From contig CALWHB010000003.1 of NCBI GenBank assembly GCA_944380275.1, positions 12,901-76,900 on the forward strand: a stretch of DNA of 64,000 bases, read 5' to 3'. This document shows, piece after piece, positions 19,501 through 28,700 of the stretch. The notes below the pieces were generated by a model, which was not told the origin of the DNA, searched no databases, and was given only the letters and a program-made list of their open reading frames with translations. Both the position numbers and the translations under genes were made by a program. Source of the stretch: an uncultured Christensenellaceae bacterium (lineage in GTDB: Bacteria > Bacillota > Clostridia > Christensenellales > UBA3700). Within the stretch, counting starts at the first letter, position 1. The number at the start of each line of letters is the position of its first letter.

Positions 19501-19782
19501 CGCATTAGTAACGGGCGACGCACCTGAAACGACGTTGTTCGTAATAAAATCGTCATTGTCGATTTCACCCGGTTTAAGCACGCTGGACGTTACGTCAAGC
19601 TTTGAATACATCTCGTCGTCCGTCGTGATTTCACTTGTTGCCAGAACGTTCTGAACATTTCCCGTTTCTGTCAAAGTCTGAATTTTTTCAGGCATTGATA
19701 TCACAGAAACCGCAATGAACGCAATCAACAATATTGTCGCTACGATGGCTGAATAAACCAAATTCTTCTTTGTCTTACTCAT
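10564..19782 (-). CDS. Giant membrane-anchored surface protein (3,072 aa): GLUG-like region, MBG-domain repeat array, FN3, coiled coil, C-terminal TM anchor
   Basis: N-terminal signal/anchor is LVYSAIVATILLIAFIAVSVISMP. GLUG-like repeats: IGGIAGGMSGGLIHNCTVTY, TGGFVGQIGNGRV, TGGLVGWLSKA. Many MBG-type units: ...YDGTPK..., TYGASSLPTFTGSISGGSLIYGDTL...NYDISF. FN3: PVIKEIKTSYNTATIILE...SATSNYSIYVAY. C-terminus is AAVIAVCCVCGVLILASVAGVIVAAVIKKRKR with no LPXTG. SD GGAGAGAGGA. Confidence 0.85.
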   Translation of the reverse strand: MSKTKKNLVYSAIVATILLIAFIAVSVISMPEKIQTLTETGNVQNVLATSEITTDDEMYSKLDVTSSVLKPGEIDNDDFITNNVVSGASPVTNASSLDSALKGNGKHYLTGDISYTASTGNTSAAANGTFGGVLYGNGHTVTINMPSNAVYNFQNGDGTYGFLVKYLTGTIKDLNVVINAASGGSLFGFNTGNAGKSNQPDGESAYMARIGGIAGGMSGGLIHNCTVTYTGNLRLQNNAAAVGNEGNAWGGDNMANIFGGVTAFATGGVISYTNVTYNGTLINVGQQNSSNSNRLMINTGGFVGQIGNGRVYLRKISLLGSGSLESEAHTYSSKNWAGVVQKNGYATVLTGGLVGWLSKAANAGLEVNGVYINLTKSGGAVKSNYLSTGGVANWACSTATDSIDHDYGDKNTSSYTNASEMRDSYGIGAMYRGKTVVLNNVYMTSAMAQTIKTHHPFAIHEIAGIDEAKNSWIRWNWTYTLVDASTLGNEFIFARNTAMDGSYSYNENTTADDANNIRGMYYKVSNQSEKNFVYQIKQGSDTAYDLYSIYTKTYNNFGNGSVYVPAMYTGYDSTVNPDIGATANKIGTSTFTSSNPTGNDATAFSVSAIYGSYLYMDFDMSKAYDGTDRYDDGYTGSGSAYSYTYNGNYLYVPAFVGYDSDYGTGNKVNFSASELEGIIGGASNFTLSSSSTITNASEKSYAVSGYKFEGSGDSGNYTLTYNKPSNLQKKFIEKDGSYYYCAVKESYTSKTITVNPFQATLVWEGTDGLKYDGSPKSVTARFDGFLQGNELCNPSSFGVVVSYSAPSDDMFYSNLPYHAGNYTATAKVTYGGSAENVLTDNISLPINVTDFTISKVSIQLSAGTVESTYGNDPAEVLNSAVVTASGSWVGNDKDSFVFTVKTENPDVNALTVAGNYPTTVESALVEGAAQVIANDYDFAVSSGNLKINEREINGTLSATGGIYDGTYAHNAQMTLDENVRIGVDKVYTLEYEKDGQIYQNVVNAGNYLIKITPETGKYKIGRIIVNGSELYVDGTTGLVIEQRSVDVTLTLAESLIYDNTNKVLDFALQTQDGTAGVLDGEDAAVEMSYNGGAEAIMPADYVATAAFANSNYKVGNIVNGTFTIEKAEIAEIRFDSVEAVYDGTPKNIVYTLVGVAQEENMADLTGDVVITYNKSVESPVNADVYEVEITVAEGSAYKQATATTQFTVNKADVVITPVQSIVYNGLEREAEYSISAPGMADASSLRNYVTVNQSAEIKGATNYEITLVFAGTNNYNACEVPYLLTVQKAQLTIDVEDNQSLVYSGKAQTPSYSIGTQIENDAYGEVTFTVEGDKAIDNTAVNAGLYTFTVSVAASSNYESAQKTVSFSIEKYTLTLIGSDTQFVTVIKQDEIPVTTIADYLPSIDLLLVDDTGVYDNSSLNHQTFVADVESDTLSFADGKAVFKTTVTVGNIDSDNYVFEPVTIIVNVLDASITITVNGEQTTIASYVFGQSPEIVAKGSYGGNEEENVDEVVWYSKSESGEYDNQLTGRPSDAGDYMAMFRYVFGADDNYVTRALYFTITPKAVNVTLDGSEVKIVYGDEISLGNAKYTSDDNAIELQINYFTNAERYSTVGSYPLYGEVVAVTDGNTANYTFNVIPGVLNVVRKTIYIKAGDVSSVYGEEVLFSDYTVYSDDGVTVWNDYENAAQLKVNFSVQSGILVVGSYDITVSADNQNYTVNTTSESGKLTVTKRSITVTVDDISVTYGASSLPTFTGSISGGSLIYGDTLNNIIGVYKEGVTSLDRLTVNEEGYNLSDYVDFSATLVSAQPGTNYDISFADTSRLFVSPKAVTVFFEGWQSGDSLETGNSVVYNAETWTPTARIEGVINEDILEIVFDNSEIRNAGTYVKVLSVEGEDAANYVAQSYTATLTILPAPTQIAVTQNEYVYAYGDEKTAIDATIATIGFEPDEGKIVIKAYAGDDTSITGTVVNWDDTWNAGKYTIVVSYEGNNYTADPVTVTVTVNKKQIEKITSDFGGGTFEYNATNQSYSLDMIIGNKLDAYVGLENYLNIEYYSGDKKVNFVRNAGEYTINVILADNLNYEIAGGGNSVLENAVTVSVTKAPSTYLSYTLTSTNRLYDGTDMTDYVKSSVAILGMGNEAVTDATVNVTFTDESGTPVDAPINSGVYKVTVSVSDMANYENPVSGTLLADTFTIDKIFVRVDAVSMDNMTFTYDSTLKTIVISGLVQNAVLEGIGYEYCLKSSGEMVSYEGVVNAGEYSVRATVLFDKKNTQVSDESLVSEYTPLGEDTSYYALVLEADITVNKATPVLTSDPGSRSYYFDGKSHTIDFVIEGIGSDAQYSFSYNADVAALDDITIEGLGTFSVAYYTDSAYTNKLTDSDGNAILPVTVRKEAGKTSPYYLMVTFTPENENYASATYKNTKQELALLILPMTITFEFDSLSVPYGVFGNATDANEYVSYNMTYDYYVNEVSGAAQGDYDPANMVDFAYNIVDFDRSAGSYAITVSALAKDNFVDSCAITVVNANEVRFVITPVSVTDDIKAKFTALSSNYGDKVWTKENAVWQVSGIFGETVDYVVTYKDSEDFAISDAGEYSLKVSIPEGNYKAWSGYVSLSVAKVGLDVVWTLDGEEPVEGVLTKTYDGKPAGIVLLVEGAEGVTAICEYVNSEGGVIDAPYAVGTHMAKAVLSDDNYFVNDDCAYVTVVIEAVVLDEEKIREWISDDSDVYGSVQGIDITGLPEGYGATSIVYTNGTDVYDMSTIKNAKAGVYTATVTVSNVSSSGSATFTYTVEKLKVVFTASATVGFGVRPAAANVTIKANKNLASGDTAKVSSVTLKDGYSEQLAFGVYQMKDYFTSVNVEFNRNADCYEYTVEMGSFSVEPESAPVIKEIKTSYNTATIILEKEGVYAYRIGLRGSWVEMSNASDTIIVTGLSATSNYSIYVAYAGFTSKTSMKAVTTTADPDVLSQMISNIKEGGLSVEKQEAYDEILAYYENIAEEDRSEIQAEYDALVAQFNALLNGDNGSGEGNKDGEINAAVIAVCCVCGVLILASVAGVIVAAVIKKRKRNAVHDNDGFLA
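11160..17540 (-). repeat. Protein-level array of roughly two dozen diverged MBG (YGX/YDG-type) domains
   Basis: A unit of ~75-95 aa recurs, with Y-[DG]-G-[TS]-x-[KP] near its start, a G-x-Y motif in its middle and N-Y near its end. The copies are diverged, and I saw no long identical DNA repeats by eye. Confidence 0.6.
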
Positions 19783-19798
19783 AATCCTCTCTCCTACT

Positions 19799-22700
19799 TT
19801 ATCTGATTTCTACCGCATATGCCTGCAAGAAGGTACCGTTCAGTCCTTCGAAAGCAGCTATTTTTCCGTATTCTTCGTATATAGCGAGGTCAAAACCGAT
19901 GTATACGAACGCTTTGTCCTGCAACTGAGTTACCGCAACGGGCATTTTTAACTGCAGCCCGTTTTCAAACACGACCGTTGCCGACGTGTATGTTTCTCCC
20001 GCGACGACATAATTCTGAGTCATTGCGTCGTCGAAGTAAACTGCTTTTATTACGTTTCTGTTTACCGTAACGGTAACGTCCCCGTCCTCATAGAACCAAC
20101 CTGCGCCTTCGTATTTCGACTCGTCCGTCCTTACCGTCGCGTCGAATACGCTGCCTGAATTGTATCCCCAGTCCGGATTGCCGCTTACGATAGTCTTAAC
20201 GTCAATCGTTTCTGTCTTCCCGTCTGTATACGTCGCCGTCGCCTTTGACGGGAAAGGATTGTATTTCTCGTCGCCGGTCGACAGATACAGATAATACATA
20301 TACGGGTCGATACTCAGCACGCCGCTTTCCTTCTGCCCCTCGTAAACGAGAGCGTTTCTGCTTTTTGCGTCAAGACTCAGCCTGAGCGTAACAGTCTGTT
20401 TCAGAGCATTTTCAACAGGCTCCAAGGTTACGCCGTCAGCCGCAATTTTCTTGTCTATCGTAAACGTTACGTCAACAGTCGCCGCAGACAAATCAGTCCT
20501 CGGTCGCGATATAAGTGCGTCAAGCGCGCTCATATCCCAGGTTATCCCCTCTGTCAGCAGTTCAGGTATAAACGTACCGTCAGCATAATAGAGGTTGAAT
20601 CTGCCTATAAGCTGGTCGATTATAGACTCTTTTCCGGCATCCGTTCCTCCGTCCTTGAAGTCGAGGTCGTACCAGGAAATATTCACTGTCTGGTCAAAAA
20701 CCGTACTGTCGTAATAGTTGACGGTTACCGGATATCTCGAACCGTTCGCAAAAGTAAGATAAGCCGTCTTGCTGCCGCCTTTCACGCTGTCGGCTCCCGC
20801 GCCTGTAAGCGTTACCGAAACCCCGTCGGTAAAGTACTTGACTTTCTCCCCTGAATACGTCGTTACCGTGATGTAATCGGGCAAGGATTCGTAAACGTGC
20901 AGATTAATCGGGTCCACCGTTCTCACACAGTCCGCGCCTCCGCTCGCAACGTTCTTAACTTTAAACGTTATGTTCATTGAACTTGCCGTGCCGTCGCTGT
21001 AATTTGCGGTCGCTTTTATCGTATGCGTGCCTGCGCTGTTCATAATGCTCTTAAGCACGTCTTTCGTAAACGCATTTCCGTTGTAAGTCAGAGAAATGCT
21101 GCCTCTCTTGACAGACGTGCCTTTCTGATATACAGCCGTGCCGTAATCACTGAAGTATCTTGTCCAGTATTCGTCCACAGCCGCCTGATACCCGTTGTTC
21201 GAAGAGTACATATAGGGATTGAAGGTGATGTTCTGCGAGAGATTGCCCCAGTCTACGACTCCTTCTGTACCGCTCAGCGTATAGGAAGAATCTCCTACCG
21301 CTCCCGACTTGTTGTAAATCTGGATTTCGTTGCCGAAACGGTAGTTGTTCGTGCGGAATCCCTCTGTGGAGTAATAGCTGAATCCGCTACGCCACATCCT
21401 GCCCTTACCGCCGTAATAACAATCGTTGTAAGAGCCGTATTCATAACTGTAAGAATATACATTAAGATTGTCGGGTCCGCTGTCGACTACATTGAACAGC
21501 GTCCTTACCGTCTGTGTCAGTACCTTGCCGGTATTCTGCCACTCACCCGTATTTTCGTCGAGGGTATACTGCTCTACCTTAGCACCGGTATCCGTACCGG
21601 TAAAGGATACGTTTGCAAGCGTTCCTTCGATAAAGTTGACGTTGATTTCAGCCTCGTTGTAAACCGCAAACGGCAACAATCTCTTGACTATTCTGTGCAG
21701 GTTCTGCGCCGTACGGTCGTATTTTACTACACCGCTGACAGCAGACAGTGCGCCGTTGATTCCGCTAAGAGCGTCGTCTACGATGTGCGGCAGCTGTCTG
21801 ATGATGCTGTCCCATACGCTGTAAGGAGTAGTGTCGGGGGATACCGCGCTTACGGTGTTGGACGCCGCAACGCGGTCCCACCACATATAAGCAAGATAGT
21901 TCTTGTTGAATCTGATATTGCCCAGCTGGAGAGTCGTCATATCGATAATCGTATCCGCGCCGAATATACAGTTCATCACGCCGTCAATCATCTTATTCAG
22001 CTCATACGGGTCGAGTTTTACGTTTATGTTACCGACTCCCGTCGACAGGAGGTTTATAGTAATACCCGGACGGAGCAAAGCCTCCAGGTTGAGGTCTGCA
22101 AACACTTTCGCTATTCCCGTCACCTCTTCTTCAGTTCCTGTATCCTGCGAAGGAGCAGAAGGCTCTGACGGAGTTTCTTCCTGCCCTAAGTTGTTTGCTG
22201 CGTCGTAAACTTGCTTTATAAGATTTTCTACGGTAGGAGCAAGCATACCGAGGATATCGAGGTCAAGCGAGATACCTGAACTAAGATAAGACGCTATGTC
22301 AATCTGTATGAGTCCTATCAGTCCGCCCACGACCGTGAAATATCCGTTGCCAAGATATATCGTTGCTTTGCCGTTTGCATAATCCAGATAGAAGTGCAAC
22401 ATCGCCTTCTTGCTGCCCGTACCGTGAGTATAATATTCAGACTCGTCTATATCGTAAACCGAAAGCAACATCGCGCTGTGTCCTATCGCGCCCACGGTCG
22501 CGCCGCAGTTGTCAAGCGTTACCGGTCCGTTTATCTTGTTGAGTTCAAGCCTTGTGTACTGGTTGTCAGGCTCGCTGCTGTCAACTACCGTACCAACGGT
22601 GTTTGTCTTTAAGTCGAGAGCGAGTGCAAGTTCAAACCCGTCGAGGAACTGCTTGACTACCTGTCCTCCGTCCACTTCTTCAGAAGTCGTATCAAGAGTT

Positions 22701-25700
22701 ACAAACTTGCTCGTGTCTTCGGGTTTGTATCTGTCGGGTTTGCCGTTGAATCCGAGGGTGAGAGCTATCGTTGCGTCGCTGCCCATGTTGATGTATGCCT
22801 CTATCTGCTCTCCGGCAAGGTCGATGCCAAGTCCAGCCTCAAGTACGAAATCTATATCAAATCCCAGCGCACGGAAAATCTGACTCATAACGTCGCTGGT
22901 TATGTCTGCCACAACCTTGCTGTCTGTAATCTTAATTGCAGAAAGCAGATATCTGATTATGTCATTGCTGCCCACCGCGAGCGTTCCCGTTTCTCCGCCC
23001 TCTGCAAACATCGCCGCGCTTTCTGCCGCGTTCTCAGCCTCAGCCGCAATATCCTTGCCGTAGAACAAATCGTTGAGAATATCCGATATGATAATGGGAT
23101 TTATTCCCGCCAGCGTTTCGTCAAGCAAATTGAACAGTACCGGTACAAGCGGAGAACCTGCAACGTGTATGTCGACAAGTCCCAGACCTCCCAAAGCTAT
23201 ATACAGGTCTTCCCAGTCACCGTAAATTCCCAATACAGTCTTGTTGTTCACCGTACCGTGCATAACGATTTCAAGCATAAGCTGGCGGGTTTCAATATTC
23301 CAGTTGAGCAGCACTTCGAGGTCGTAATACAGCTCGTCGAATTCAATCTGCACGGGTATGTTCAGATTTACACCGAGTTTTTGCAGCAACCCTGAAATAA
23401 GACTGTTTATATCCACTTCGCTCGACTCTGCGTCCACGGTAAGATTGGCTTTTATCGAATTGTTGCCCAGCGTCTGTTTGAGCGTTGCAATCAAATCGTC
23501 GTTGTAATCCTTATAATTCTCTGCCTTGCTCCTTAGATAACTGTCGAGAGCAGCGACGTCTATACCGAACTCAAGCGCATCGGAAGGTATTTCAATCGTC
23601 AAATCCAACGCGTTGCGTTCTCCGTCCGTCGTGGGCAGCAATACTCCTCCGACGGATATCGACAATCCGTTGCCCAGTCTTATGCCTGCGTTAAGGTCGA
23701 AAGCAGACAAGTCTATACCAAGGTCGACTCCCATATCGCCGAGAACGGCAATTATCGCGCCGAGAGCAGCGGTTACGGCTATCTCGTTCTCGCTTATTCC
23801 CACAACTATTTCGCCGTGTTCGTCATCAAGCGGCGTCATCACGGTACTTTCTCCCGTTTCACTTGTAACAACCGCAACGGGCTGACTCTGCTCTTCTGCA
23901 GTATTGCCAAGCTGATTAAGCTTTGCAACCACAGCACCGAGAAGGTCGAAATCCACCTTGAATACAGGGAACGTGATGCCCAGGAGCTTTATTCCGCTCG
24001 CATCGATATAGAGCGTGTCGTCGTATGCGTAAAGTCCTATCAGCACGCTGCCTGCCTTAACAAGGTTGCTCGCGCCCAGATTGAGGTCTTTTTCAGCGAC
24101 GATTTCAATGCTTGCCATGCCGTTTCTGCCGCCGGCGGTTCCGTCATCGGAATATGCCTTAAGGCTTACCTTGAGGGCAAGTTCTATATCCGTATCTTCG
24201 TTAAACGTCCACAAAAGCTGCGTGCCTTCAAGCGCGCTTACACCGAATTTTGCCAGCAGCTCCGCCACGTTGTAAGTTCCTTTCTTAAAAGAAACCGAGA
24301 GATTAAGCTTGAAGTTTATATCCGCAAGATTGTCGATAACGTCGCGTATGACAGTACCCGTATCCGTCGCGTCTATTTCGTAATGGTCATACAGGAATAT
24401 AGCGGGTATGTAAGCATCTGAAACAATCATACCGTTGCTGAGTGCCGCGTTTACGCTCATTGAAATAAGAGCGTCCTCTTTCTCTCCGAACAGCGTCGCA
24501 TCGAACGCAACGGTTCCCGAAAGAATTCCCAGATTTGCACTGAGGTCGAAAAGGTCAGAACCGAGGTCTATCTGCTTGCCTGTCAGAGCAAATATGATTT
24601 CCTGCAAAAGCTGAGTGGACAGAGCGAGTTTTATGTTGGTATTCTCAAGCAATACTACGCCGAGCAGCTGTGCTATCCATGCGTTTTCCCCGCCGGATGC
24701 TCCGCTCTCTCCTTCTGTTTCGCCGTCCGTTTCTCCTTCTGTAGCGTCAAGAACTACTGCCTTTTCCTCCGCTCCCGAAGAATTCCCGAAGAGATTTCCC
24801 AGAATTTCGTTGAGGTCGAGTCCCTGCAAGCTGTCGATGGCACCGGTGAGCGTTTCGCTCAGTTGTTCTATCAATCCGACGTTGCTCACCTTTACGCTGA
24901 ACAGTCCTACGCCCGACAAGTCTGCCACAAGTTCTCCTCCGTACAGATATACTCCGACAAGTATGTTGCCGGCATTTCTGACCTCAAACATCATCGTCAG
25001 AGTTTTGGTTACGGAGTTAAGGTTCCATTGCAGAGCAAGCTGCAACTGTTTATTGAAATCGCCGGTTTCTACGGCTATCGGCACGCTTATACCGTTTCCT
25101 CCCGTCGCAACGGAAATTATGTTGTTGACAAGTTCGTTCAGATAATATTTGCCCGCATTGAAATCTACGTTGAGGTCTATCAGCATCGAACCGGTAAACA
25201 GATTATCCGCAATTCCCTTGAGTATGTCAGAATACGTCTTGTCGTATCCGCTGATTCTGCCGCCCACGTAATCGTTGAGGGTTTCGTAAAGAGTCTTGTC
25301 GCCTGCTGCGATATCCGCAGTGGACGCCTTAAGACTGAGCGCAAAGTCGGACGGTTCTCCGCTCACCGTCTGCATAACGTTTCCTTCAACGTCAAGGCTG
25401 AAGGTGTACACACCTTTACCCTGAGAATCGTCGCGTACAAGACTTATCTCTGCATTGATTCCTCCCAAAGCAGACAGTATCTTGTCTGCTGTCGCCGCAG
25501 AATCTCCCGTAAGGAAGTTCGCAAGCAACGCGCCTATCGCGCTCATAGTCGCTGAAAGTTGCAACTTGTTACGCGCAATTATCAGAGAAATGTTGCCGCC
25601 GTCGCCGCCAGCAAGCGCGAGTGCCTGAGCCTGTGAACCGTTTCCGCTCTGCTCTCCGTTCGCAAACAGTCCAGAAATAGCAGATTCAACCGTATTGTAG

Positions 25701-28700
25701 AGGAAGGACGGCAGGTCGAAATTGTCAACCTTGAATACGGGAAGATTAAGTCCCAGCACCTCAAGTGCGGTTGCATCTATATAAAGACTTCCGTCCTTTA
25801 TATAAACCGCAAGCAATGCCTCTCCTGCAGGTATCACCGTAATGCCTTCGCCTCCGCCTACCGTCGTACCCAACGACAGCGGCTGATTTGCGACGATTTC
25901 AAGAGCCATTACGCCATCGACAATGCCACCTGACTGACGTATCGCGCTGTTGAATCTGATTGAAAGGTCTATGGTGGGCTGTCCGAAAGATACGACAAGC
26001 GACGCATCTGAGGGAAGTCCCAGCGTCGTGAGGTCGACGAATTTGCCCACGAGTCCGAGTATATTGTACTCTCCCGGTGTAAAGTCGAGAGTAACGTCCG
26101 CTTTAAGAGAAATACCTTCAAGAAGACCCGTAACGTATTGTTGTAAATCCTCTTCTGACGTGAATACGAGTACCCCTTCAGCGTCCACATAACGGGTATA
26201 TTCGCTTGTCAGAGCGGAAAGCGACCAGCCTTCCATATATCCGAAGTATTCGCCGTAAGCACTGAGTCCTTTTACAAGGTAAGCCCTGAGGTCTTCGATA
26301 TCGTTCTGTCCGTCAGGGACAAAACCGTCGTCACCGTACGCCCTGAGCAGGTCGAGTGCAAAACCGTAATCTATGCTTTCGTCATCCGTTCTGCCTATAG
26401 CAAGTCCTATACCAAGCGACAATGCGCCGCCGATATCCGCAATGACGTCGACTTTTCCTTCAGTTACGTCAATCGCTCCCGATACGGATACGAAATCCAC
26501 GTCTATTCCCAGCGAAGACAATATGGTCGCTATCATCTCGCGCGTGATATCAATATTAATTAAAGCGTCGCAAGCAGAAATTCCTCCCAGCAAGGATATA
26601 ATGTCTATCGCCGTACCGCTTTGCTCTCCGCCATCGCCCGTTCCGGGTTCAGCGGGAGTTTCATCGGTCGTTCCGTCAGGTGTTTCCTCAGGCGTATCGG
26701 CAGGATTGAGCAGATTCTCGAACAGTGTGTTCAAATCAGCGTTCTCTATTCCGTCTACAGCCTTATTGACAGCGTCTTCGATAATCTTTATGATGCCCGT
26801 GTCGCGCAACAGGAAACTGCCGAAGTCCATTACCGTAACCACTATCGTTTCGCCGCAGGCGCGCGCACTCAGCAGAACGTTGCCGTCGCCTTCCGTAAGT
26901 ACTACGGCATATTCTCCTCTCTCTGCATTGAGTGCAACGAGAAGACCGACTTTTCCGCCGGTAATTTCAACGTCTATGTCGGTATCCGGCAGCCACTTCT
27001 CTACAAATTGCTCCACAAACTCGCTGAGAGCCGCCTGGTCTTTTGAGTCAACTTCGATTTCTGCACTCAGCGACATCTTGCCTACGGTGCCGAGAAGTGC
27101 TTTTATTACGTTCGACTGTGCGTCCGCAAGATTTGCCGTTTCCGCCTTGATTTCTTGTTCTATTTCGTCCGAAAGTCCGCTGACTCCGGTCTTGAAACCC
27201 TCCTTTCCGACAGTTATTCCCAATCCGAGTCCCATAGCATCGTATCCTTCGCTTGCCGCTACGGACGCATTTGCACCTATATTCAGACCGTTGCCGTCAA
27301 GCGACGCGTCAAGAACCACATTAAGTCCTTCTGGCAACGCAAACTGCACCCCGAAGGCGTTCAGTACGGACGCCACCGCGGCAAGTGTCAGTTTTGCCCT
27401 GAAGGAATCGGAATTTATTATTATCTCGCTCGCCTCGGCTGTGATTTCTGAATTCATACTGAGAGGCGTCGCACTGCCGTCAGCGTTCAGCCTTGAAAGA
27501 GTCTGCTCTTCGCCCGTGCCGAAAAGTCCCGAAACGTCGAATTTGAGTTGTATATCCAACGTCTTCATCAGGTTATCTATTACGGACGAAAGGTCTATTT
27601 CCGCCTTAAATGCAGGCAGATTCACGCCGAAAAGACTAATGCCAGAAAGGTCCGCGTATCCCGTACCGTCCTCTGACAGATACACTGCTATCAGTTTGCC
27701 TGCAGGCAGTATTTTGTCCGCACCCAGATTGAAATCTTCTTCAAGCGTAATCACGACGCTCGCGTTTATTTTATTCGTCGCCGCGTCGAGAGCCGCTTTC
27801 ACGGTAAGTCTTGCCTTTACTGCGCTGTCGGCGGTTACCGTCCACGGAGTAACGACGCCTCCGGCGTTTTCAACCCCGAACAAAGACACGAGGTCCATTA
27901 TATTGTATTTGCCTTGTGAAAGCGTAAGATTTATTCCTGTATCGACATATACGCCGGAAAGTACAGAACCTACCAGTTCTTTTACCGAATAAGTATATTT
28001 GCTTTCGTCGCCGACCTGCGCGTCAACGTAATCCGAAATATCCTCGTATCCTTCAAATTCAGGCGATTTACCTATGCTGAAACTGTCAAAACAAAGCGAC
28101 GCTTTTATTCCGCCCGCGAGATTTGCGTCCGCGTCTATTTGAGCAAGCCCGTCTGCGTTGAGTTTGATTCCCAGATTTATTGCGCCGAATTCAGGCACTT
28201 TTACAGACGTCTGCCCTATTGCATTGAGGAACGCAGACAAAAACTCGTCGTCCACTTTGAAATTGAGTATGCTGTATTTACCGTCCTCATCGGTGCCGTC
28301 AGTAACGCTGACTTTGCTGCCGTCAACGCCGAAAACTCCCACGAGAACTTTTATAAAGTTCAATGCTCCGCCTGAAACATAATAATTGCCCTCACTGCCA
28401 GAAAGCGCGACGACTCCGTTTTTGTCCAACTTCGCATTGCCGTTGAGAGCGCGTCCTTCGGTAAAGAAAACGCTGTCAATCGCATCTGTAACTACGTTTT
28501 TGACCTGGGAAATAAGTTCTTTGAGGTCGACTCCTATCTTTACTCCCTTTCCGCCGTAAATACCGCCCAGAGTCTTAGCTATGTCGACGTAAAGATTGCC
28601 TTCTTTGTAATATGCACCGATAAACGGAACAAGCGTGCCGTCCTCTTTCTTTTCGTAAAGTTCCAGCACTATATAGTTTTCGTCGCCCTCTCCTTTCTGC

